Source: a virus
Taxonomy: Duplodnaviria; Heunggongvirae; Uroviricota; Caudoviricetes
IMG/VR virus record: IMGVR_UViG_2703718837_000004
Length of the DNA stretch: 15,008 nucleotides
Direction: 5' to 3' (one strand)
Below the pieces are notes generated by a model. The model saw only the letters and a program-made list of their open reading frames with translations. It was not told where the DNA came from and did no database searches. Within the stretch, counting starts at the first letter, position 1; every line of letters begins with the position of its first letter. Position numbers and translations under genes: made by a program. Positions 7,975 to 15,008 of the stretch are shown piece by piece.

Positions 7975-8493
7975 ATGGCAATGCCGCGCAAACTCAAGTT
8001 AATGAACGTCTTTCTGAACGGCTACAGCTATCAGGGCGTTGCAAAGTCCCTCACGCTACCAAAACTGACCCGTAAGCTCGAAAACTATCGCGGTGCGGGG
8101 ATGAACGGCAGCGCACCGGTAGACCTCGGCCTTGATGACGATGCGCTGTCAATGGAGTGGTCGCTCGGTGGCTTCCCGGATTCGGTTATCTGGGAGCTTT
8201 ACGCAGCAACCGGCGTGGATGCCGTGCCGATTCGTTTTGCTGGCTCTTACCAGCGCGACGATACCGGCGAAACGGTTGCCGTCGAAGTGGTCATGCGTGG
8301 ACGTCAGAAAGAAATCGATACCGGCGAGGGTAAACAGGGAGAAGACACCGAGTCGAAAATCTCCGTGGTCTGTACCTATTTCCGGCTGACGATGGACGGT
8401 AAGGAGCTGGTCGAAATCGACACCATCAACATGATTGAGAAGGTGAACGGCGTCGACCGGCTGGAGCAACACCGCCGCAATATCGGCCTGTGA
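7975..8493 (+). CDS. FII: Tail tube protein (P2 gpFII-like, 172 aa)
   Basis: AGGAG RBS; MAMPRKLKLMNVFLNGYSYQGVAKS… matches P2 FII as recalled; conserved position after FI. Confidence 0.9.
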   Translation: MAMPRKLKLMNVFLNGYSYQGVAKSLTLPKLTRKLENYRGAGMNGSAPVDLGLDDDALSMEWSLGGFPDSVIWELYAATGVDAVPIRFAGSYQRDDTGETVAVEVVMRGRQKEIDTGEGKQGEDTESKISVVCTYFRLTMDGKELVEIDTINMIEKVNGVDRLEQHRRNIGL

Positions 8494-8549
8494 TTTTCAT
8501 CCGGTCAGCCTGGCTGACCGGTTAACCCTGATTCAGAAGTGAGAAAACC

Positions 8550-8825
8550 ATGAACAAAGAAAATGTGATTACCCTGGACAATCCGGTCAAACGTGGTGAG
8601 CAGGTTATCGAACAGGTCACGCTGATGAAACCCAGTGCCGGGACGCTGCGCGGTGTCAGTCTGGCTGCGGTCGCGAACTCCGAAGTCGATGCACTGATTA
8701 AGGTGCTGCCGCGCATGACTGCACCGATGCTGACCGAGCAGGAAGTCGCCGCACTGGAACTGCCTGACCTTGTGGCGCTGGCCGGTAAGGTGGTCGGTTT
8801 TTTGTCGCCGAACTCGGTGCAGTGA
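8550..8825 (+). CDS. E: Tail assembly chaperone E (P2 gpE-like, 91 aa)
   Basis: MNKENVITLDNPVKRGEQVIEQ…; GAGAAAACC upstream of the ATG. Contains the slippery heptamer near its 3' end. Confidence 0.85.
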   Translation: MNKENVITLDNPVKRGEQVIEQVTLMKPSAGTLRGVSLAAVANSEVDALIKVLPRMTAPMLTEQEVAALELPDLVALAGKVVGFLSPNSVQ

Positions 8826-8977
8826 CGTTCCCGAAAAATCTGTCGGTCGATGACCTGATGGCGGATGTGGCAGTGATATTTCACTGGCCGCCATCAGAAC
8901 TGTATCCCATGAGCCTGACCGAACTCATCACATGGCGCGAAAAGGCGCTCCGGCGAAGTGGAAGCACGAATGAGTAA
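8550..8977 (+). CDS. E': E+E' fusion chaperone produced by programmed -1 frameshift
   Basis: Slippery site T TTT TTG at 8798-8804 in E frame. The -1 frame continues from 8804 as VAELGAVTFPKNLSVDDLMADVAVIFHWPPSELYPMSLTELITWREKALRRSGSTNE to TAA at 8975-8977, overlapping the T start. Same arrangement as P2 E/E' and lambda G/GT. Confidence 0.7.
8798..8804 (+). other. -1 ribosomal frameshift slippery heptamer (T TTT TTG)
   Basis: X XXY YYZ motif in the E reading frame, followed by an open -1 frame of 57 codons. Confidence 0.7.
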
Positions 8978-11417
8978 CAATGTAAAATTACAGGTATTGC
9001 TCAGGGCTGTTGACCAGGCATCCCGCCCGTTTAAATCCATCCGTACAGCGAGCAGGTCGCTGTCGGGGGATATCCGGGAAACACAAAAATCACTGCGCGA
9101 GCTGAACGGTCACGCATCCCGTATTGAGGGATTCCGCAAGACCAGTGCACAGCTCGCCGTGACTGGTCATGCACTTGAAAAGGCACGGCAGGAAGCCGAA
9201 GCCCTTGCCACACAGTTTAAAAACACCGAACGTCCGACCCGTGCTCAGGCGAAAGTGCTGGAATCCGCAAAGCGTGCGGCGGAGGACTTACAGGCGAAAT
9301 ATAACCGCCTGACAGATTCCGTTAAACGCCAGCAGCGGGAACTGGCCGCTGTGGGAATTAATACCCGCAATCTTGCACATGATGAGCAGGGACTGAAAAA
9401 CCGTATCAGTGAAACCACCGCACAGCTTAACCGTCAGCGTGATGCGCTGGCGCGTGTCAGTGCGCAACAGGCAAAACTTAACGCAGTAAAACAGCGTTAT
9501 CAGGCCGGAAAGGAACTGGCCGGAAATATGGCCTCAGTGGGCGCTGCCGGTGTGGGGATTGCGGCGGCGGGAACGATGGCCGGTGTTAAGCTACTGATGC
9601 CCGGTTATGAGTTTGCGCAGAAAAACTCAGAATTGCAGGCCGTGCTAGGTGTGGCAAAAGACTCCGCCGAAATGGCCGCACTCCGCAAGCAGGCGCGCCA
9701 GCTCGGCGACAATACCGCCGCCTCGGCAGATGATGCAGCCGGTGCGCAGATTATTATTGCGAAAGCCGGTGGGGATGTTGATGCCATTCAGGCGGCAACG
9801 CCGGTCACGCTGAACATGGCGCTGGCGAACCGCCGCACGATGGAAGAAAACGCCGCCCTGTTGATGGGGATGAAATCCGCCTTTCAGCTTTCAAACGATA
9901 AGGTCGCTCATATCGGGGATGTTCTCTCCATGACGATGAACAAAACCGCCGCCGATTTTGACGGCATGAGCGATGCGCTGACCTATGCCGCACCTGTGGC
10001 AAAAAATGCCGGTGTCAGCATTGAAGAAACCGCCGCAATGGTCGGGGCGCTGCATGATGCAAAAATCACAGGCTCAATGGCGGGGACGGGAAGCCGTGCC
10101 GTGTTAAGCCGCCTGCAGGCACCGACGGGAAAAGCATGGGATGCACTGAAAGAGCTTGGTGTGAAAACCTCAGACAGCAAGGGAAACACCCGACCAATAT
10201 TTACCATTCTGAAAGAAATGCAGGCCAGTTTTGAGAAAAACCGGCTCGGTACTGCCCAGCAGGCTGAATACATGAAAACCATTTTCGGGGAGGAGGCCAG
10301 CTCAGCCGCCGCCGTGCTGATGACTGCCGCCTCAACCGGAAAGCTGGACAAACTGACCGCTGCGTTTAAAGCCTCAGACGGAAAGACCGCAGAGCTGGTT
10401 AAAATCATGCAGGATAACCTCGGCGGTGACTTTAAGGAGTTTCAGTCCGCTTATGAGGCGGTGGGGACAGACCTGTTTGACCAGCAGGAAGGCGCACTGC
10501 GTAAGCTCACTCAGACGGCCACAAAGTATGTGTTAAAACTCGACGGCTGGATACAGAAAAACAAATCACTGGCGTCAACCATCGGCCTCATTGTCGGTGG
10601 CGCACTGGCGCTGACTGGCATCATCGGTGCCATTGGTCTTGTAGCCTGGCCGGTTATCACCGGCATTAATGCCATCATCGCGGCAGCAGGCGCAATGGGG
10701 GCAATTTTCACGACGGTTGGCAGTGCTGTTATGACCGCCATCGGGGCGATTAGCTGGCCGGTTGTGGCCGTGGTGGCCGCCATTGTCGCCGGGGCGTTAC
10801 TTATCCGTAAATACTGGGAGCCTGTCAGCGCATTCTTTGGCGGTGTGGTGGAAGGGCTGAAAGCGGCATTTGCGCCGGTGGGGGAGCTGTTCACGCCACT
10901 GAAACCGGTGTTTGACTGGCTGGGCGAAAAGTTACAGGCTGCGTGGCAGTGGTTTAAAAACCTGATTGCCCCGGTCAAAGCCACTCAGGACACCCTGAAC
11001 AGTTGCCGTGACACGGGTGTCATGTTCGGGCAGGCACTGGCTGACGCGCTGATGCTGCCGCTTAATGCGTTCAACAAACTGCGCAGCGGTATTGACTGGG
11101 TACTGGAAAAACTCGGGGTTATCAACAAAGAGTCAGACACACTTGACCAGACCGCCGCAAGGACTCATGCCGCCACGTATGGCACCGGTGGTTATATTCC
11201 GGCGACCAGCTCTTATGCAGGTTATCAGGCTTATCAGCCGGTTACGGCACCGGCTGGCCGCTCTTATGTGGACCAGAGTAAAAACGAATATCACATCAGC
11301 CTGACGGGTGGTACTGCGCCGGGGACACAGCTTGACCGCCAGTTACAGGATGCGCTCGAAAAATACGAGCGGGATAAACGTGCGCGCGCCCGTGCCAGCA
11401 TGATGCATGACGGTTAA
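8970..11417 (+). CDS. T: Tail tape measure protein (P2 gpT-like, 815 aa)
   Basis: ATG at 8970 (MSNNVKLQVLLRAVDQ…) with a GGAAG RBS. The ORF-track start at 8958 is an in-frame upstream GTG. Long alanine/glycine-rich hydrophobic central segment typical of tape measure proteins. Confidence 0.85.
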   Translation: MSNNVKLQVLLRAVDQASRPFKSIRTASRSLSGDIRETQKSLRELNGHASRIEGFRKTSAQLAVTGHALEKARQEAEALATQFKNTERPTRAQAKVLESAKRAAEDLQAKYNRLTDSVKRQQRELAAVGINTRNLAHDEQGLKNRISETTAQLNRQRDALARVSAQQAKLNAVKQRYQAGKELAGNMASVGAAGVGIAAAGTMAGVKLLMPGYEFAQKNSELQAVLGVAKDSAEMAALRKQARQLGDNTAASADDAAGAQIIIAKAGGDVDAIQAATPVTLNMALANRRTMEENAALLMGMKSAFQLSNDKVAHIGDVLSMTMNKTAADFDGMSDALTYAAPVAKNAGVSIEETAAMVGALHDAKITGSMAGTGSRAVLSRLQAPTGKAWDALKELGVKTSDSKGNTRPIFTILKEMQASFEKNRLGTAQQAEYMKTIFGEEASSAAAVLMTAASTGKLDKLTAAFKASDGKTAELVKIMQDNLGGDFKEFQSAYEAVGTDLFDQQEGALRKLTQTATKYVLKLDGWIQKNKSLASTIGLIVGGALALTGIIGAIGLVAWPVITGINAIIAAAGAMGAIFTTVGSAVMTAIGAISWPVVAVVAAIVAGALLIRKYWEPVSAFFGGVVEGLKAAFAPVGELFTPLKPVFDWLGEKLQAAWQWFKNLIAPVKATQDTLNSCRDTGVMFGQALADALMLPLNAFNKLRSGIDWVLEKLGVINKESDTLDQTAARTHAATYGTGGYIPATSSYAGYQAYQPVTAPAGRSYVDQSKNEYHISLTGGTAPGTQLDRQLQDALEKYERDKRARARASMMHDG

Positions 11418-11431
11418 GGAGGTGACGAAAA

Positions 11432-11911
11432 ATGATGCTCGCGTTAGGTATGTTTGTTTTTATGCGCCAGACGCTGCCACACCAGACCATGCAGCGTGAA
11501 TCAGATTATCGCTGGCCGTCAAATTCCCGTATCGGTAAACGGGACGCTTTTCAGTTTCTCGGTGTGGGTGAGGAAAACATCACGCTGGCCGGTGTGCTTT
11601 ATCCCGAACTGACCGGCGGAAAGCTGACGATGACCACGCTCAGGATGATGGCAGAGGAAGGCCGGGCGTGGCCGTTGCTGGATGGCACCGGCATGATTTA
11701 CGGCATGTATGTCATCAGCAGGGTAAGTGAAACAGGGAGTATTTTCTTTGCAGACGGCACACCCCGGAAAATTGATTTTACGCTGTCGCTCACCCGCGTT
11801 GATGAATCACTGGCCGCGCTTTATGGCGATATCGGTAAACAGGCGGAATCGCTCATCGGTAAAGCTGGCAGTATGGCGACCAGATTCACGGGGATGACGG
11901 GGGCGGGATAA
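11432..11911 (+). CDS. U: Tail protein U (P2 gpU-like, 159 aa)
   Basis: AAGGAGG RBS 8 nt upstream; MMLALGMFVFMRQTLPHQ… matches P2 U as recalled. Confidence 0.9.
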   Translation: MMLALGMFVFMRQTLPHQTMQRESDYRWPSNSRIGKRDAFQFLGVGEENITLAGVLYPELTGGKLTMTTLRMMAEEGRAWPLLDGTGMIYGMYVISRVSETGSIFFADGTPRKIDFTLSLTRVDESLAALYGDIGKQAESLIGKAGSMATRFTGMTGAG

Positions 11912-13074
11912 TGCTGGATGCACTGACATTTGATGCAGGCAGTACGCTGACGCCGGATTACATGCTGATGCTCGACAGCAGGGATATTACCGGCAATATC
12001 AGCGACCGTCTGATGAGCATGACCCTGACGGATAACCGGGGCTTTGAGGCTGACCAGCTTGATATTGAACTGAACGATGCCGACGGGCAGGTCGGGCTAC
12101 CGGTTCGTGGCGCTGTCCTGACGGTGTATATCGGCTGGAAAGGTTTTGCCCTGGTATGCAAAGGGAAATTCACCGTTGATGAGGTTGAACACCGGGGCGC
12201 GCCGGATGTGGTCACCATCCGCGCCCGGAGTGCAGATTTTCGCGGGACGCTCAATTCCCGCCGGGAAGGCTCCTGGCATGACACCACACTCGGTGCGATT
12301 GTTGAAGCGATAGCCTCCCGTAACAGGCTGGAAGCCAGTGTCGCTCCGTCACTGGCCGGAATTAAAATCCCGCACATCGACCAGTCGCAGGAGTCTGATG
12401 CGAAATTCCTGACCCGTCTTGCAGAACGCAACGGCGGTGAGGTGTCGGTAAAAATGGGAAAACTGTTGTTTCTCAAAGCGGGGCAGGGGGTGACGGCCAG
12501 CGGTAAAAAAATCCCGCAGATTACCATCACCCGCAGCGACGGCGACCGTCATCATTTTGCGATTGCTGACCGTGGAGCTTACACCGGCGTAACGGCAAAG
12601 TGGTTACACACCAAAGACCCGAAGCCGCAAAAGCAGAAGGTAAAACTGAAACGCAAAAAGAAAGAAAAACACCTGCGCGCACTGGAGCACCCGAAAGCGA
12701 AACCGGTCACGCAGAAGAAAGCGCCAAAAGTACCGGAAGCGCGCGAAGGTGAATACATGGCCGGTGAGGCTGACAACGTTTTTGCCCTGACTACGGTATA
12801 TGCCACGAAAGCGCAGGCCATGCGCGCCGCTCAGGCGAAGTGGGATAAACTGCAACGGGGTGTGGCGGAGTTCTCCATCAGCCTGGCTACCGGTCGGGCA
12901 GATATTTACACGGAAACACCGGTTAAAGTGTCAGGCTTTAAGCGCGTCATAGACGAGCAGGACTGGACAATCACTAAGGTGACACATTTTCTGAATAATA
13001 GCGGCTTCACGACGTCCTTAGAGCTTGAGGTCAGGCTTTCTGATGTGGAGTACGAAACAGAAGATGATGAGTGA
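11911..13074 (+). CDS. D: Tail protein D (P2 gpD-like, 387 aa)
   Basis: Start overlaps the U stop (TAATG). Sequence matches P2 D as recalled. Contains a Lys-rich low-complexity segment (KPQKQKVKLKRKKKEKH…). Confidence 0.9.
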   Translation: MLDALTFDAGSTLTPDYMLMLDSRDITGNISDRLMSMTLTDNRGFEADQLDIELNDADGQVGLPVRGAVLTVYIGWKGFALVCKGKFTVDEVEHRGAPDVVTIRARSADFRGTLNSRREGSWHDTTLGAIVEAIASRNRLEASVAPSLAGIKIPHIDQSQESDAKFLTRLAERNGGEVSVKMGKLLFLKAGQGVTASGKKIPQITITRSDGDRHHFAIADRGAYTGVTAKWLHTKDPKPQKQKVKLKRKKKEKHLRALEHPKAKPVTQKKAPKVPEAREGEYMAGEADNVFALTTVYATKAQAMRAAQAKWDKLQRGVAEFSISLATGRADIYTETPVKVSGFKRVIDEQDWTITKVTHFLNNSGFTTSLELEVRLSDVEYETEDDE

Positions 13075-13155
13075 TGTTTTTATTTTATCTGTTTGTTTTA
13101 TAAGGATAAATTAACTAAAATGGCACCATCAATAAAACCGGAAGAGGTGCTCGCG

Positions 13156-13374
13156 ATGTTTCATTGTCCTTTATGCCAGCATGCCGCACATGCGCGTACA
13201 AGCCGCTATATCACTGACACGACAAAAGAGCGTTATCACCAGTGTCAGAACGTGAATTGCAGCGCCACGTTCATCACTTATGAGTCGGTACAGCGATACA
13301 TCGTGAAGCCGGGAGAAGTCCACGCCGTAAGGCCACACCCGTTGCCGTCAGGGCAGCAAATTATGTGGATGTAA
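13156..13374 (+). CDS. ogr: Late gene transcriptional activator Ogr (zinc-finger, 72 aa)
   Basis: MFHCPLCQHAAHARTSRYITDTTKERYHQCQNVNCSATF… with a CxxC…CxxxxC zinc-binding motif; matches P2 Ogr as recalled. The ORF-track start at 13093 is an upstream in-frame extension; AT-rich putative promoter at 13075-13125. Confidence 0.85.
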   Translation: MFHCPLCQHAAHARTSRYITDTTKERYHQCQNVNCSATFITYESVQRYIVKPGEVHAVRPHPLPSGQQIMWM

Positions 13375-13386
13375 TTACAAACAGAA

Positions 13387-13412
13387 AGCCCCTCAGTCGA
13401 GGGGCTTTTTTG
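13387..13412 (+). terminator. Rho-independent terminator downstream of ogr
   Basis: Stem AGCCCCTC (13387-13394), loop agtc, GAGGGGCT (13399-13406), then TTTTTTG. Confidence 0.6.
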
Positions 13413-13475
13413 TCGATGTGGTCAATGTGTGGACGTGACCAGAAATAAATCCTTTTATTTCAATTTGTTGTACGT

Positions 13476-13502
13476 AAAAAATAAGCCCGTGTAAGGGAGA
13501 TT
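13476..13502. repeat. att core (27 nt, aaaaaataagcccgtgtaagggagatt), right copy, overlapping the cyaR terminator
   Basis: Matches the P2 att core as recalled. The first 20 nt are repeated exactly at 478-497. Phage arm lies to the left, bacterial DNA (cyaR, yegQ) to the right. Confidence 0.75.
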
Positions 13503-13562
13503 ACACAGGCTAAGGAGGTGGTTCCTGGTACAGCTAGCATTTTATGGGTTATGTTTTTCAGC
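13476..13562 (-). ncRNA. cyaR: CyaR (RyeE) Hfq-dependent small RNA
   Basis: Minus-strand sequence GCUGAAAAACAUAACCCAUAAAAUGCUAGCUGUACCAGGAACCACCUCCUUAGCCUGUGUAAUCUCCCUUACACGGGCUUAUUUUUU matches the E. coli CyaR sequence as recalled. Includes the C/U-rich seed and a terminator hairpin plus U-tail whose 3' half is the att core. Confidence 0.7.
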
Positions 13563-13596
13563 GAAACGGATGATAACCTTAATAAATGCAGCTGTA

Positions 13597-13612
13597 TGTG
13601 ATCGGTTTCTAA
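13597..13612. promoter_or_regulatory. Putative CRP site and promoter of cyaR
   Basis: TGTGA-tcggtt-TCTAA (one good half-site) centred about 42 bp upstream of the inferred cyaR +1 at 13562. TATCAT -10 candidate at 13570-13575 on the minus strand. Consistent with CyaR being a CRP-activated class II promoter. Confidence 0.4.
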
Positions 13613-13646
13613 GAATTTTCCATCCGGGAAAAATAATCGAAATTAA

Positions 13647-15008
13647 TCACTTACCGTGGGGATTACGCGTGGTTTCCCCGGAGAAATTACGCATCAGCAG
13701 CGCGTAATTGAGCTCAAGATCCTGCGGGACCGGGAGCCACACAGTATAACCATCGCCTGGTGCTATCGGCATAGCTTCGCCTTTGGCGTTTTCCATGTGC
13801 TCAAGGGTAAAATTAATGTTGCCTTGCGGCGTCATCAGCTCAAGGCTGTCGCCAACGGAGAATTTATTTTTCACCGCTACCGCCGCGAGGTCCCCCTTGC
13901 GCTCACCGGTAAACTCACCAACAAACTGCTGGCGGTCAGAAACTGAATAACCGTATTCGTAGTTCTGATAATCGTCGTGAGTATGACGACGCAGGAAACC
14001 TTCGGTATAGCCACGATGCGCCAGACCTTCCAGAGTTTCCAGCAGGCTGGTATCGAACGGTTTTCCCGCAACGGCGTCATCGATAGCTTTGCGGTAAACC
14101 TGTGCGGTGCGTGCACAATAGTAGAAAGATTTGGTACGACCTTCGATTTTCAGCGAATGCACGCCCATTTTGGTCAGGCGTTCTACATGGGCGATGGCGC
14201 GCAGATCTTTCGAGTTCATGATGTAAGTGCCGTGCTCATCTTCAAACGCGGTCATATACTCGCCCGGACGCTGGGCCTCTTCGATCATAAACACTTTGTC
14301 GGTTGGTGCGCCGATACCCAGCGTCGGCTCAACATTTTGCACCGGAATCGGCTCGTACTTGTGTACGATGTTGCCAACATCATCTTCTTTCCCTTCCTGG
14401 ACGTTGTACTCCCAGCGGCAGGCGTTGGTGCAGGTGCCCTGGTTCGGGTCGCGCTTGTTGATATAGCCAGAGAGCAGGCAGCGACCGGAGTAGGCCATGC
14501 ACAGCGCGCCGTGAACGAAGATCTCGATCTCCATATCCGGCACCTGATTGCGGATCTCTTCAATCTCTTCCAGCGACAGCTCGCGAGAGAGGATCACGCG
14601 GGTCAGGCCCATTTGCTGCCAGAATTTCACCGTCGCCCAGTTCACGGCGTTAGCCTGCACCGAAAGGTGGATCGGCATTTCAGGGAAGTGCTCACGCACC
14701 AGCATAATCAGCCCTGGATCGGACATAATCAGCGCATCCGGCCCCATTTCCACCACCGGTTTCAGGTCACGGATAAAGGTTTTCAGCTTGGCGTTGTGCG
14801 GTGCAATGTTGACCACGACATAAAACTTTTTCCCCAGCGCGTGGGCTTCATTGATGCCGAGCTGAAGATTTTCGTGGTTGAATTCGTTGTTGCGCACACG
14901 CAGGGAATAACGCGGCTGGCCCGCATAAACAGCATCTGCGCCATAAGCGAAAGCGTAACGCATATTTTTCAGCGTTCCCGCCGGGGAAAGGAGTTCCGGT
15001 TTAAACAT
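13647..15008 (-). CDS. yegQ: U32-family peptidase-like protein YegQ (453 aa), complete
   Basis: Full ORF from ATG (15006-15008 on the minus strand) to stop. MFKPELLSPAGTLKNMRYAFAYGADAVYAGQPRYSLR… matches E. coli YegQ as recalled. Cys-rich region CMAYSGRCLLSGYINKRDPNQGTCTNACRW. Confidence 0.85.
   Translation of the reverse strand: MFKPELLSPAGTLKNMRYAFAYGADAVYAGQPRYSLRVRNNEFNHENLQLGINEAHALGKKFYVVVNIAPHNAKLKTFIRDLKPVVEMGPDALIMSDPGLIMLVREHFPEMPIHLSVQANAVNWATVKFWQQMGLTRVILSRELSLEEIEEIRNQVPDMEIEIFVHGALCMAYSGRCLLSGYINKRDPNQGTCTNACRWEYNVQEGKEDDVGNIVHKYEPIPVQNVEPTLGIGAPTDKVFMIEEAQRPGEYMTAFEDEHGTYIMNSKDLRAIAHVERLTKMGVHSLKIEGRTKSFYYCARTAQVYRKAIDDAVAGKPFDTSLLETLEGLAHRGYTEGFLRRHTHDDYQNYEYGYSVSDRQQFVGEFTGERKGDLAAVAVKNKFSVGDSLELMTPQGNINFTLEHMENAKGEAMPIAPGDGYTVWLPVPQDLELNYALLMRNFSGETTRNPHGK

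Larger units (their letters stand above)
478..13502. mobile_element. Deleted P2-like prophage remnant (H'-G-cargo-FI-FII-E/E'-T-U-D-ogr) integrated at the cyaR 3' end
   Basis: Gene order and sequences follow the P2 late-region map. Bounded by direct att-core repeats. Lacks integrase, immunity, replication, head, lysis and baseplate genes within the bounded interval. Confidence 0.8.

Noticed and set aside
8958-8969. GTG at 8958 as the tape-measure start
   Set aside because: The ATG at 8970 has a better-spaced GGAAG RBS and gives the MSNNVKLQ… N-terminus; the GTG start is not strictly excluded.
12600-12760. Lys-rich low-complexity stretch within D as a separate element
   Set aside because: It is in frame within the D protein and I recall it as a normal feature of P2 gpD-like proteins; not an insertion or repeat element.
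8505-12855. Numerous 60-190 aa ORFs antisense or out of frame within E, T, U and D (for example 8505-8894, 9983-10408, 10511-10984, 11958-12530, 12579-12855)
   Set aside because: All are embedded in well-supported phage genes, lack RBSs and have Arg/Ala/Ser-rich compositions typical of alternative frames of G+C-rich coding DNA.
13093-13155. Upstream extension of ogr (track start at 13093, 93 aa)
   Set aside because: Ogr is a 72-aa zinc-finger protein starting MFHCPLCQ; the extension lies in the AT-rich promoter-like region after D.
478-13502. tRNA or tmRNA gene as the integration target, and any CRISPR array
   Set aside because: No cloverleaf-compatible sequence adjoins either core copy; the target is the cyaR 3' end. 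No regularly spaced short repeats occur anywhere in the window.

Overview
This window is an enterobacterial chromosomal locus, yegR ... cyaR-yegQ, carrying a deleted P2-like prophage remnant inserted at the 3' end of the CyaR sRNA gene. The remnant keeps the right arm of the P2 map: a 5'-truncated tail fiber gene H, then G, FI, FII, E/E' (with the T TTT TTG -1 frameshift site), T, U, D and ogr, ending at the att core. The left junction is a 20-nt partial att core fused directly to mid-H sequence, preceded by a diverged copy of the ogr-proximal att arm. Between G and FI, at the position of the P2 Z/fun variable locus, sits a ~4.2 kb AT-rich minus-strand cassette encoding an OLD-family ABC-ATPase/Toprim protein (754 aa) and a reverse transcriptase (365 aa). 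The ~150-nt G+C-richer segment spanning the gene junction is bracketed by a 15-nt inverted repeat and contains nested hairpins, resembling a retron msr-msd template. This cassette is the main candidate for an anti-phage system; whether it is a single RT-plus-OLD system or two adjacent stand-alone systems cannot be settled from sequence alone. All protein and RNA identifications rest on reading motifs and on recall of P2 and E. coli K-12 sequences; no database search was run.
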